Positions 34,580-44,189 of a stretch of 45,183 nt of DNA are shown here, in pieces; the first letter of the stretch is position 1, and every line of letters begins with the position of its first letter. The notes under the pieces were generated by a model. It worked only from the letters and a program-made list of their open reading frames with translations. It searched no databases and was not told the DNA's origin. The DNA is from an uncultured Coriobacteriales bacterium (lineage in GTDB: Bacteria > Actinomycetota > Coriobacteriia > Coriobacteriales > Atopobiaceae): NCBI GenBank assembly GCA_946619045.1, contig CAMOLV010000001.1:1-45183 (forward strand). The letters run 5' to 3'. The position numbers and the translations under genes are program-made.

Positions 34580-36373
34580 TCACTGAACCTTATCGACAAG
34601 CATAAGCCATTCGTTCTCGAGGTCGTCAATCAATGCTCTGGCGGCCGCGATCTCGTCCTGTTTGGCAAGCAACGCCGCGTAATCCGTGGGATCGATGGCG
34701 GCAAGCTCCGCCTCGAGCCGCTCCGGTTCGTTGCGGACCTTCTCGAGCTTGCGCTCGATCGCATCGAAGCGCTTCTTGTTCTCACGGCGCTCGGCGTTTG
34801 AGCTCTTCTGCTGCGGTACCGCCGCCTGCTGGGCGGGCTTCTGCTTGGAGGAGCCCTGTGCGGACGAGGACTCCTCGAGCAGCTTGAAGTATTCGTCGAC
34901 GCCTCCCGGCACATGCCTGAGGGTGCCGTCGATGAGGGCGAACTGGTTGTCCGCCACGCGTTCTGCAAGATAGCGGTCGTGCGTCACGAGAAGCAGCGTG
35001 CCGGGCCACGTGTCGAGCAGCGATTCGAGCTCCGCAAGCATATCGGTGTCGAGATCGTTGCCCGGCTCGTCGAGCACGAGCACGTTGGGCTCGTCGATGA
35101 GCACGCAGAGCAAGGCGAGGCGCCTGCGCTGACCGCCCGAGAGCTCGGCGATGCGCGTGGTCATGTCGCCCGCGTCGAAGCCGAGGCGCTCGAGGAGCTT
35201 GGAGGGCGAGGTGGGCTTCCCCTCGACGATGAGGTACTGCTTATACCGTGCGAGCAGGTCGAGGACGCGCCAATCGCCCTTCTCGGCGAGGTTGTCGAGC
35301 TGCTGCGAGAGCCATCCGAACTTGACCGATTTGCCGATCTTGACGGTGCCGGATGTGGGCTGCAGAAGACCGGTCATGATGCGGAGCAACGAGGTCTTCC
35401 CGACACCGTTGGTGCCGAGGATGCTCACACGGTCGCCTGGACCGATGATCCAGTCGATCGAATTCAGGATCTTCCGGCCGTCGAAGGAGAGGGAGACCCC
35501 CTTGAGCTCGATGACCTGCTTTCCGAGGCGCGAGACGGCAAGGCGCTTGAGCTCGACGCTGTTGCGGACCGGCGGATCCTGGGCGAGGAGCTCCATCGCG
35601 GCGTCGATGCGGAACTTGGGCTTGGAGGTTCGCGCCTGCGCGCCGTGCGCGAGCCAGTTGAGCTCCTTGCGCAGCGTGTTCTGGCGGCGCTCCTCCATGA
35701 CTGCGGCCATGCGGTCGCGCTCGACGCGCTGCTGGATGTAGGCGGAATACCCGCCCTCGAACGGGTCGATGCGACGTCCGTGGACCTCCCACATGCTCTG
35801 GCAGACCTCGTCGAGGAACCAGCGGTCGTGCGTGACGACGAGCAGGGCGCCCTCGCCCTCCTGCCAGCGCGATTTCAAGTGGCGTGCGAGCCATGCGATG
35901 GCATGCATGTCAAGATGGTTCGTCGGCTCGTCGAGCAGGAGCACGTCCCACGTATCTATGAGCACGCGTGCTAGGTCGCAGCGCCTGCGCTCTCCACCCG
36001 AGAGGGTTCCGACAAGGCTGTCGAGCGGGACATCGCCCAGAAGCTCGGAGAGGATGGAGCGGATGCGCGCGTCGGATGCCCATTCGTAATCTTCGCGGCG
36101 GCCGAGGACGGCCTCCTTCACCGTTGCGTCGTCGGAGAGCTTATCCGACTGGCCGATGAAGCCCACCGAGATGTTGTTGCGCCACGTTACGGTTCCCGTA
36201 TCGGGCTCTACCGCTTTCGCGATGATGGAGAGAAGCGTCGATTTGCCGTCGCCGTTCGTGCCGACGATGCCGATGCGGTCGCCTTCCTGGATGCCGATGG
36301 TCGCGGAATCGAGGACCTTCTTGCCCGGCCACTCATGTCCGACCTTGTCGAGTCCGATGAGGATCCCCATCAC
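34580..36373 (-). CDS. ABC-F family ATPase (Uup-like)
   Basis: Two ABC domains (GTNGDGKST/LSGGE/DEPTNHLD; GTNGVGKTS/LSGGQ/DEPGNDLD), no TM, C-terminal coiled coil. Confidence 0.93.
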   Translation of the reverse strand: MMGILIGLDKVGHEWPGKKVLDSATIGIQEGDRIGIVGTNGDGKSTLLSIIAKAVEPDTGTVTWRNNISVGFIGQSDKLSDDATVKEAVLGRREDYEWASDARIRSILSELLGDVPLDSLVGTLSGGERRRCDLARVLIDTWDVLLLDEPTNHLDMHAIAWLARHLKSRWQEGEGALLVVTHDRWFLDEVCQSMWEVHGRRIDPFEGGYSAYIQQRVERDRMAAVMEERRQNTLRKELNWLAHGAQARTSKPKFRIDAAMELLAQDPPVRNSVELKRLAVSRLGKQVIELKGVSLSFDGRKILNSIDWIIGPGDRVSILGTNGVGKTSLLRIMTGLLQPTSGTVKIGKSVKFGWLSQQLDNLAEKGDWRVLDLLARYKQYLIVEGKPTSPSKLLERLGFDAGDMTTRIAELSGGQRRRLALLCVLIDEPNVLVLDEPGNDLDTDMLAELESLLDTWPGTLLLVTHDRYLAERVADNQFALIDGTLRHVPGGVDEYFKLLEESSSAQGSSKQKPAQQAAVPQQKSSNAERRENKKRFDAIERKLEKVRNEPERLEAELAAIDPTDYAALLAKQDEIAAARALIDDLENEWLMLVDKVQ

Positions 36374-37218
36374 ATCACCCCTCCCGCATACCTGCGGAGC
36401 AGGGAGATCTCGGCAGCATAGCCCGCAAGCTCGTTGGGCGTCTCGAGGATCATGGGGAGATGCCGCAGCCTCGGATTGGAGACGACCGCGGCGAATGCAT
36501 CGGTTCCGAGCTCGCCCGCACCGATCTTCTCGTGGCGGTCCTTATGCGAGCCGCACACGTTCTTGGAGTCGTTGAGGTGCAGGGCGCATAGCCGCTCGAG
36601 GCCGATGATGCGGTCGAACTCGTCGAGGACGCCATCGAGGTCGGCGCGGATATCGTATCCCCCATCCCAAACGTGGCAGGTGTCGAGGCAAACGCCCAGA
36701 TGGGAATCGTCGTGCACCCCTTCGAGGATGCGTGAGAGCTCCTCGAACGTCGAGCCGACCTCCGATCCCTTGCCCGACATGGTCTCGAGCAGCACCGTCG
36801 TCGACTGGCTGGGATCGAGGATCTCATCGAGCCCCTCGACGATGAGGCGTATGCCCTCGTCGACCCCCTGGCCGACATGGGAACCGGGATGGAAGTTGTA
36901 GAGATTGCCGGGAAGGAACTCCATCCTGGCAAGATCGTCTTTCATCGACCTGCGGGCGAACTCGACGACATCGGGTTTGGCGGAACAGAGGTTCAAGGTG
37001 TACGGAGCATGGGCGACGAGCTTGCCGAAGCCGTTCGACGCCATGATCTCCCTCAGACCGGCTGCGTCGGCGGGGTCGATGGGCTTGGCATTGCCGCCGC
37101 GCGGGTTGCGCGTGAAGAAGGCGAACGTCGTCGCCCCTATCGAGAGGGCGGTCTCCCCCATCGCGATGAAACCGCCCGAGGTCGAGAGATGGCATCCGAT
37201 GGCAAGGTCTGCGCACAT
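36370..37218 (-). CDS. nfo: Endonuclease IV (AP endonuclease)
   Basis: GCHLS, AHAPYTLN, NFHPGSH, LETM.GKGSE, CLDTCH, HLNDSK, DRHEKIG, ILETP. Confidence 0.95.
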   Translation of the reverse strand: MCADLAIGCHLSTSGGFIAMGETALSIGATTFAFFTRNPRGGNAKPIDPADAAGLREIMASNGFGKLVAHAPYTLNLCSAKPDVVEFARRSMKDDLARMEFLPGNLYNFHPGSHVGQGVDEGIRLIVEGLDEILDPSQSTTVLLETMSGKGSEVGSTFEELSRILEGVHDDSHLGVCLDTCHVWDGGYDIRADLDGVLDEFDRIIGLERLCALHLNDSKNVCGSHKDRHEKIGAGELGTDAFAAVVSNPRLRHLPMILETPNELAGYAAEISLLRRYAGGVM

Positions 37219-38411
37219 CAGGCAAGCTCCGGCAGCATCTTGGCGATACGGTCGAGGATGGCATCGGCAACCTGCGGTTTCGGCATCGTGGGAAGTTCCT
37301 CGGCACCCGACGCCGTGACGAGGACGACATGGTTTGTATCGGACCCGAAGGTAGACTCGCTCTTCGAGACATCGTTCGCGACGATCATATCGGCGCCCTT
37401 CCGGGCAAGCTTGGCCGTCGCGTATGCGACGACATCGTCCGTCTCGGCGGCGAACCCGCATACGATGCGCCCGTCTTTGACCCGGCAGAGCTCCGCCAGG
37501 ATGTCCTTCGTCTCGACGAGCTCGATGGCATCGATGCGCTCGACGGATTTCTTGAGCTTATGGTCGGCCTTCCGCACGGGCGTGTAATCGGCGACGGCTG
37601 CAGCGCAGATGGCCGCATCGCAGCGCTCGAACGCAGCCATGCAGGCATCATGCATATCCTCGGCGCTCACGACGTCGATGCGCTCGACGCCATCGGGCGT
37701 GGGAAGCGAGACGGGCCCTGCGACGAGCACGACCTCCGCTCCGCGGTCGGCGGCAGCCTCGGCGATGGCGAAGCCCATCTTTCCCGAGGAGGCGTTCGCG
37801 ATATAGCGCACGGAGTCGATCGCCTCATGCGTGGGACCGGCGTTCACGAGGATGCGCCTGCCGGCGAGGTCGCGCTTGGCTCCGAGACGCTCGACGACCG
37901 CTGCGACGATCTCGGAGACATCGGCGAGCTTGCCCTCGCCCACATCTCCGCACGCGAGCATCCCGCTCGCAGGCATGACGAACCCGTAGCCGCGGCTCTG
38001 AAGCGTGCGCACATTGGCCTGCGTCGCCTCGTTCTTCCACATATGCACGTTCATGGCCGGCGCGAACAGCACGGGCGTATGGAACGCGAGGATGGTCGTC
38101 GAGACGCAATCGTCGGCGATGCCGGCAGCGACCTTGGCCATGATGTCGGCGGTGGCGGGGACGCAGATGCAGAGGTCGGCCCATGACGCCATCATGATGT
38201 GGGGATTGGGGGACTCCGCGAAGCCGAAGAGGTCGGTCAGGACGGCATGATGCGAGAGCGCCTCGAAGGTGATGGGGCCGACGAACGAGCAGGCATCCTC
38301 GGTCATGCAGACGCGGACATCGCATCCCGCATCCTGGAGCCTGCGGACGACATCGCATGCCTTATAGGCCGCGATGCCGCCGCTCACTGCGACGAGCACG
38401 CGCTTCTTCAT
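37218..38411 (-). CDS. coaBC: Phosphopantothenoylcysteine decarboxylase / phosphopantothenate--cysteine ligase
   Basis: [53 protein letters not shown]. Confidence 0.97.
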   Translation of the reverse strand: MKKRVLVAVSGGIAAYKACDVVRRLQDAGCDVRVCMTEDACSFVGPITFEALSHHAVLTDLFGFAESPNPHIMMASWADLCICVPATADIMAKVAAGIADDCVSTTILAFHTPVLFAPAMNVHMWKNEATQANVRTLQSRGYGFVMPASGMLACGDVGEGKLADVSEIVAAVVERLGAKRDLAGRRILVNAGPTHEAIDSVRYIANASSGKMGFAIAEAAADRGAEVVLVAGPVSLPTPDGVERIDVVSAEDMHDACMAAFERCDAAICAAAVADYTPVRKADHKLKKSVERIDAIELVETKDILAELCRVKDGRIVCGFAAETDDVVAYATAKLARKGADMIVANDVSKSESTFGSDTNHVVLVTASGAEELPTMPKPQVADAILDRIAKMLPELA

Positions 38412-38412
38412 G

Positions 38413-39129
38413 CTAGAGCTCCTCTACGACGAGCATGCGATGGCAATAGGGGCACGTGGTGATCTCGGGTCCGCGGACGAGGACGCGGTAGGCGTCTTCC
38501 TGCAGCTTGACGCGGCAGGTGCTGGGAACGTTGCCCTTCATGCGCTCGACTGCGAGGCCGGAGAAGCGCTTGCTCGCGGCCGAGTAGTCGGCGAGAACGC
38601 CTTCGGTGATGTCCTCCAGGGTATCGGCGCGCTCCTCCTGGAGCGATTTGATCTCCGCGCGGATCTGCGTCGTATCGGCGGCGAAGGAATCCCTGAGCGA
38701 CCCCTCCTCCTCGTCGAGCTTCGCCCCGATGGCGTTGAGCTTAGCCTCGGCGCCGCGCGCCTGATCGAGCTTGTCGAGCAGCGGTCCGAGCTTGAACTCG
38801 ACCTTCTCGAGCTGCTTGGCGATGTTCGAGAGCCTGGTATCGAGGGCCTGGACCTCCTTGTACGACTTTCCCGACTCCTCGATGGATGCCTTGGCATCTG
38901 CGCGGTCCTGCTCGTAGCGGGCATGCTGCTGTTGGAGATCGTCGATATCGATCTCGATGTCCTTGCGCATGCCCACGATGCGCTTCAGCTCCGAAGCGAG
39001 CTTCTTCTTGGCCTGCGCGACCGTTACGAGCTTGCTCGCCTGGGGCATGGCCTTGAGCTGTGCCTCGGCGCGCATGAGCGAAAGGTCGATCTCCTGAAGT
39101 CTGAGCAGGGCGGCGGCTTCCTCGTTCAT
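38413..39129 (-). CDS. Coiled-coil C4-type zinc-ribbon domain protein (DUF164-like)
   Basis: LLRLQEID, long coiled coil, C-terminal TCRV...CPYCHRML. Confidence 0.82.
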   Translation of the reverse strand: MNEEAAALLRLQEIDLSLMRAEAQLKAMPQASKLVTVAQAKKKLASELKRIVGMRKDIEIDIDDLQQQHARYEQDRADAKASIEESGKSYKEVQALDTRLSNIAKQLEKVEFKLGPLLDKLDQARGAEAKLNAIGAKLDEEEGSLRDSFAADTTQIRAEIKSLQEERADTLEDITEGVLADYSAASKRFSGLAVERMKGNVPSTCRVKLQEDAYRVLVRGPEITTCPYCHRMLVVEEL

Positions 39130-39138
39130 AATCTCCAC

Positions 39139-40299
39139 CTAACGTTTAAGGCTGCTGACACATGAGATGAGCGCTTCTGCGAAGGCATCGAGCTCATCGT
39201 CGGTTACGCGTTCGTCGAATGAGATGCGCAGGGCTCCCAGGGAGTCCTCGCGCGGAAGGTCCATCGCGGAGAGCACGTGACTCGGGTCGAGGGATGCGGC
39301 CGCGCATGCGGAGCCCGATGAGATGGCGTATCCCTCGGCATCGAGTTTGAGGAGGACCGAGCCCGCCTCGATCCCACGGGCGAAAACATGGACGGTTCCC
39401 GGAAGCCTGCCGTCGCCGTAGGGCACATCGACCGTCGGGAAGAGCCCCGCGCCGGACGCTGCCAGCTTCTCGGTAAGACGGGCGGAACGCGCCCTGATGG
39501 CATCGCGGTGCAGCTCGTGGGCATGCGAGCATGCCTTGGCCGCGGCCGCGAAGGCAAGCGCCCCCGAGACGTTCTGGGTACCGGGCCTCAGACCGCGCTC
39601 CTGACCGCCTCCATGGGCCACAGGAGAGAGCCTCACGCCGGTGCGCAGATAGAGCGCGCCGATGCCGACGGGTCCTCCCACCTTGTGCGCGGTGATGCTC
39701 ATGGCATCGACGGCGGCGGCATCGACGGGAACGCGCCCGAAGGCCTGGACGGCATCGGTATGGAAGAGGGCCCCAACGCCGTGCGCAGCCTCGGCGAGTT
39801 CGAAGATGGGCTGGACGATGCCGGTCTCGTTGTTCGCGGTCATGATGGAGACGAGCGCGCAGGACCCGTCGAGGATATCGGAGAGCGCCTCGGGCTCTAT
39901 GACGCCGAGCCTGTCGGGCTTGACGATGCGGACATCGAAACCGCGATGCCTGAGCTCCGGCGCGCATTCGAGGACGGCCTCATGCTCGATCGCGGATACC
40001 ACGACGGTCTTGCGACGGGTATCGCGCTCGCGAACCGCCTCTGCGAGCCCGAAGAGCGCGAGATTGTCGCTCTCGGTACCGCCCGAGGTGAAGAGGATCT
40101 CGGATGGACGGACGCGGGGTCCGAGAAGGCGCGCGATGTCCTTGCGTGCGGATTCGAGCGCAAGGGCGGCCTCCCGACCCGGCGTATGCAGCGAATTGGG
40201 GTTGGCCCCGCTGTAGGGAGCCGCCGCGTAGGCCGCAAGGGCATCGAGTGCCTCGGGGCGAAGCGGAGAGGAGGCTGCGTGGTCGAGATAGACGGACAA
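39139..40299 (-). CDS. Cysteine desulfurase (IscS/NifS type)
   Basis: YLDHAASSP, FTSGGTESDN, HTDAVQ, TAHK, SSGSAC; TTG start 40299 after GGAGG. Confidence 0.92.
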   Translation of the reverse strand: MSVYLDHAASSPLRPEALDALAAYAAAPYSGANPNSLHTPGREAALALESARKDIARLLGPRVRPSEILFTSGGTESDNLALFGLAEAVRERDTRRKTVVVSAIEHEAVLECAPELRHRGFDVRIVKPDRLGVIEPEALSDILDGSCALVSIMTANNETGIVQPIFELAEAAHGVGALFHTDAVQAFGRVPVDAAAVDAMSITAHKVGGPVGIGALYLRTGVRLSPVAHGGGQERGLRPGTQNVSGALAFAAAAKACSHAHELHRDAIRARSARLTEKLAASGAGLFPTVDVPYGDGRLPGTVHVFARGIEAGSVLLKLDAEGYAISSGSACAAASLDPSHVLSAMDLPREDSLGALRISFDERVTDDELDAFAEALISCVSSLKR

Positions 40300-40301
40300 G
40301 G

Positions 40302-40964
40302 TTACGCCTCCTCGGCGAGCTGCTTGAGCTCGGCGATCCGAGCGGCCCTGTCGGCGGCGCCGAACACGGAGCTTCCGGCATCGAACGTGTCGGCGCCGGC
40401 CTTGGCTGCACGTGCCACGGTATCCTTGCCGATTCCACCGTCCACCGCGATGAGCGGATCGACGCCGAGCCCGTCGCACATCTCGCGGACGCGGGCGATC
40501 TTGGGAAGCATCGCCTCGATGAAGCTCTGCCCGCCGAAACCCGGGTAGACCGTCATCACGAGCACGAGCTCGAGATCGGAGAGATAGGGCTCGACCGCCT
40601 CCGCAGGCGTATCGGGGCTGATCGCGATGCCGGCGCCCTTGCCCGCCGCGTGGATGCGCTCGATCATCTCGGCGGCATCGCGTGCCGCCTCGATGTGGAA
40701 CGTGACGTAATCCGCGCCGGCCTTGAGGTAATCGTCGATGACGTCATCGGGGTTGGAAACCATGAGATGCGCGTCGATGGGAAGATCGGTGCACGCCCTG
40801 ACCTGCTTCATGATGGCAGGGCCGAACGTGAGGTTGGGAACGAAATGGCCGTCCATCACGTCGAAATGGAGGAAATCCGCCGTGGCGATGCTCTCGATAT
40901 CCCTGCCCAGATTGAGAAAATCCGCGGAGAGGATCGAAGGCGAGATCTTTGCCCGACATGTCAT
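40302..40964 (-). CDS. rpe: Ribulose-phosphate 3-epimerase
   Basis: SPSILSADF, HFDVMDGHFVPNLTFG, DAHLM, MTVYPGFGGQ, VDGG, AGS. Confidence 0.97.
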   Translation of the reverse strand: MTCRAKISPSILSADFLNLGRDIESIATADFLHFDVMDGHFVPNLTFGPAIMKQVRACTDLPIDAHLMVSNPDDVIDDYLKAGADYVTFHIEAARDAAEMIERIHAAGKGAGIAISPDTPAEAVEPYLSDLELVLVMTVYPGFGGQSFIEAMLPKIARVREMCDGLGVDPLIAVDGGIGKDTVARAAKAGADTFDAGSSVFGAADRAARIAELKQLAEEA

Positions 40965-41989
40965 GAGACGGCCTCGTTTCTCTTCTGATATCCGTAGAAC
41001 TCCTCGTTGGGGACGCGTCCGAGGAGGGATTCGATGGCCTCGTCGATGGACAGGCCGTCGTAGAGGACGGCATAGACCACGCGGGAGATGGGGGCCTCGA
41101 TGCCGTACGCATCGGCGAGCTCGCAGATGCTGACGCATGCCCGCGCTCCCTCGACCACCATGTGCGTGCGTTCCTGGTATTCGTCGAGCGACTCCCCGGC
41201 GACGAGCGCCTCACCGAAGGTGCGGTTGCGCGAATGGCGGGACGTGCAGGTGACGACGAGGTCGCCCATGCCGGCAAGCCCCATCGCCGTGAGCGGGTTG
41301 CCTCCGAGAACCGATACCATGCGGCCGATCTCGGCAAGACCGCGCGTCATCAGCGCCGCGAGGGTGTTGTCCCCCGCCCCTTCGCCGGCCGCGATGCCGC
41401 AGGCGATGGCGATGACGTTCTTCACGGCGCTGCAGACCTCGACGCCGATGACGTCGTCTGAGGTATACGCCCTGAATACCGAGGATGCGAGCATGTTCTG
41501 GAAGAACGCCGCGATATCCTGATCGTCGGATGCGATGACGGATGCCGAGACGGCTCCGATGGCGATCTCCTCGGCATGGTTGGGTCCTGCGAGCACGGCG
41601 ATCCGCTGCGGGTTGCCGATCTCCTCGGCCACGACCTGGTGCATCAGCAGGTGCGAGGGCGTCTCGATGCCCTTGGTGAGCACGAGCACGGGGGTATCGG
41701 GATCGACGAAGGGCGCCAGCAGGTGGACCGTGGGCCTCAGGTATGCGGAGGGCGAGGCGAGGATGATCGCATCGGCGCCGCGCACGGCCTCTTCCATCGA
41801 GGTGGTGGCGATGACGTTATCGGCAAGCGTCACGTCCTTGAGGTAGACGGGATTGCGATGCTCTTCGCAGATGGTGCGGGCGATCTCGTCCTCGCGCGCC
41901 CAGAGGCAGACGGTCTCGGTATGCGGCGAGACGAGCGCCGTGATGCCGGTTCCCCAAGAACCGGACCCTATGATGGCGACGCGATCCAT
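40961..41989 (-). CDS. gpsA: NAD(P)H-dependent glycerol-3-phosphate dehydrogenase
   Basis: GSGSWGT, TKGIE, GPNHAEE, KNVIAIACG, GLAGMGDLVVTCTSRHSRN. Confidence 0.97.
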   Translation of the reverse strand: MDRVAIIGSGSWGTGITALVSPHTETVCLWAREDEIARTICEEHRNPVYLKDVTLADNVIATTSMEEAVRGADAIILASPSAYLRPTVHLLAPFVDPDTPVLVLTKGIETPSHLLMHQVVAEEIGNPQRIAVLAGPNHAEEIAIGAVSASVIASDDQDIAAFFQNMLASSVFRAYTSDDVIGVEVCSAVKNVIAIACGIAAGEGAGDNTLAALMTRGLAEIGRMVSVLGGNPLTAMGLAGMGDLVVTCTSRHSRNRTFGEALVAGESLDEYQERTHMVVEGARACVSICELADAYGIEAPISRVVYAVLYDGLSIDEAIESLLGRVPNEEFYGYQKRNEAVS

Positions 41990-41991
41990 GC

Positions 41992-42651
41992 TCAGCTCTT
42001 CTTCTCCGAATTGAATGAGAATTTCTTCTCCTCATGGTTGAGCAGCTTCTTGATGTTGGAGCGATGGGCCCACACGACGATGCCCGACACGATGCAGAGC
42101 GGGATGAGCGATACGGGGGCGATTCCGAACACCAGCGCCCAGATGGGCAGGGATACGGCTGCGGAGCACGAGGCGAGCGACACGTAGCGCGTGGGGGCGA
42201 CCACGGCGATGAACACGGCGAGAAGCCCGAAGGCAAGCTGCCATTTGAGTCCGAGCGCAGCTCCGAAGCCGACGGCGATGCCCTTGCCGCCCTTGAACCT
42301 GAGGTAGCAGGAGAACACGTGCCCGCAGATGCAGGCCACATAGACGAGCACGACGGCGAACCCGAGGGGCTGGTCGAACCCGAGCGCCTTGACCTCCATC
42401 TCGGCAAGCGCGGGGATGAGGAAGCGGGCGATCGTCATCGATACGTATCCCTTGCCGGCGTCGAGCAGGAGCGTGAGGGCGGATGCGCCCTTTCCCGCTG
42501 CGCGCGCGACGTTCGTCGTCCCGATGTTGCCGGAGCCGACGGCGCGGACATCGATGCCCATGGCCTTGGTGATGAGCAGGCCGAACGGGATGCCGCACAG
42601 AAGATACGCGATGAGGCAGCAGAGCAGGGTGGGAAGTATGAGCCTATCCAT
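41992..42651 (-). CDS. plsY: Glycerol-3-phosphate acyltransferase PlsY
   Basis: GSGNIGTTNV, DAGKG, GHVF..YLRFKGGKG, YVSLAS, HRSNI. Confidence 0.96.
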   Translation of the reverse strand: MDRLILPTLLCCLIAYLLCGIPFGLLITKAMGIDVRAVGSGNIGTTNVARAAGKGASALTLLLDAGKGYVSMTIARFLIPALAEMEVKALGFDQPLGFAVVLVYVACICGHVFSCYLRFKGGKGIAVGFGAALGLKWQLAFGLLAVFIAVVAPTRYVSLASCSAAVSLPIWALVFGIAPVSLIPLCIVSGIVVWAHRSNIKKLLNHEEKKFSFNSEKKS

Positions 42652-42656
42652 GATGA

Positions 42657-43976
42657 TTATTCGCTCTTCTTCCTGAAACGGAGGCGGATGGGAGTGCCGA
42701 CGAGGTCGAAGCGCTCGCGGATGCGGTTCTCGAGATAGCGCTCGAAGTTGTCGTCGACAAGATCGGGGAAATTGCAGAAGAAGGTGAGGACGGGCGGCTC
42801 GGTGCCCGTCTGGGTTGCATACATGAGCTTGAGCCTGCGGCCCTTGTCGCTCACGGTGTGCCCGCTCTCGCGGAGTCCGGCGAGGAAGTCGTTGAGCTCG
42901 GACGTCTTGATGACGCGGCTATGCGCGGCGGCCGCTGCGAGGCACGCATCGAAGACCTTGCCCACGGCGCGGCCGGTGAGCGCGGAGATGTTGAGGGTTG
43001 GGGCCCACGGCGCGAAGGCCATGCGCTGGGCGAGGCTCATCTTGAGCTCCTCCTGCTTCTGGGCGTCGTCGATGAGGTCCCACTTGTTGAGCAGCAGCAC
43101 GAGCGCGCATCCGCGGTCGACCGCCATGTTGGCGAGCTTCTGGTCCTGCTCGGTGACGCCGATCGAGGAATCGATCACGAGCAGGCAGACATCGGCCTTG
43201 TCCATGGCCATGAGGCCGCGCACATAGCTGTAGTACTCGACATCCTCGTGAACCTGGTTCGTCTTGCGGATTCCCGCGGTGTCGACGAGCTTGATGATCG
43301 TCCCGTTGTGGTCGACGAACGAGTCGATGGCATCGCGCGTGGTTCCCGCGATATCCGAGACGATCGAGCGGTTGGCGCCGAGCAGGCGGTTCGTGAGCGA
43401 CGACTTGCCGACGTTGGGCCTGCCGATGATCGCGACGGAGAGGTCCTCGACCAGGTCGTCGTCGACGGCGTCTTCGGGAAGAACCGCGACGATATCGTCG
43501 AGAAGGTCTCCCGTTCCGTGTCCATGGAGCGCCGAGAGCGGGCGCGGCTCGCCGATGCCGAGCGAGTAGAACTCCCAGAGCTTCTCGTCCTCGCTGGAGG
43601 GGTCGTCGCATTTGTTGACCATGAGGAAGACGGGCTTGTCACCCTTGCGCAGGATGCGCGCGACCTCCTCGTCCTCATCGGTAACGCCCACGGAGCCGTC
43701 GACCACGAAGATGATGGCGTCGGCCTCGTCGCAGGCTGCGATCGCCTGCTCGCGGATGTGGGGCGCGAAGATGTCGGTTGATTTGACGGACTCGATGCCG
43801 CCGGTATCGACCAGCACGAAGGAGCGTCCGTTCCAGTCGGTCGTGTGGTACGAGCGGTCGCGCGTGACGCCGCGCGATTCGTGGACGATTGCCTCCCGCG
43901 CCTCGGCTAAACGATTGACCAGCGTGGACTTTCCCACGTTAGGACGCCCGACTATTGCAACGATTGGTTTGGGCAT
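42657..43976 (-). CDS. der: Ribosome biogenesis GTPase Der (EngA)
   Basis: Two G domains GRPNVGKS, GVTRD/GTTRD, DTGG/DTAG, NKCD/NKWD; GTPIRL. Confidence 0.98.
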   Translation of the reverse strand: MPKPIVAIVGRPNVGKSTLVNRLAEAREAIVHESRGVTRDRSYHTTDWNGRSFVLVDTGGIESVKSTDIFAPHIREQAIAACDEADAIIFVVDGSVGVTDEDEEVARILRKGDKPVFLMVNKCDDPSSEDEKLWEFYSLGIGEPRPLSALHGHGTGDLLDDIVAVLPEDAVDDDLVEDLSVAIIGRPNVGKSSLTNRLLGANRSIVSDIAGTTRDAIDSFVDHNGTIIKLVDTAGIRKTNQVHEDVEYYSYVRGLMAMDKADVCLLVIDSSIGVTEQDQKLANMAVDRGCALVLLLNKWDLIDDAQKQEELKMSLAQRMAFAPWAPTLNISALTGRAVGKVFDACLAAAAAHSRVIKTSELNDFLAGLRESGHTVSDKGRRLKLMYATQTGTEPPVLTFFCNFPDLVDDNFERYLENRIRERFDLVGTPIRLRFRKKSE

Positions 43977-44189
43977 GGCTCTCCTCAGTACTATGCGGTT
44001 AACGCATCAATGATAGCAGAAGCCTCCTCGCAAAAGCGCCCGTGCGCCTGTCTGCTCGTAACCATCGCAAACGCACGATGCAGTACCGCATGCCACCCAA
44101 CGGAAATCTTCCTCGAAAAGTACGAAGCCGCTTAACATCATCCGCGATAATGAACATGTAATCGGACGCGGGCCTGTTAGGAGCTATGC

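Noticed and set aside
44140-44167. ATCCGCGATAA-TGAACA resembling a XerC arm
   Set aside because: No TTATGT XerD arm follows; more likely the -10 (GATAAT) of the last gene.
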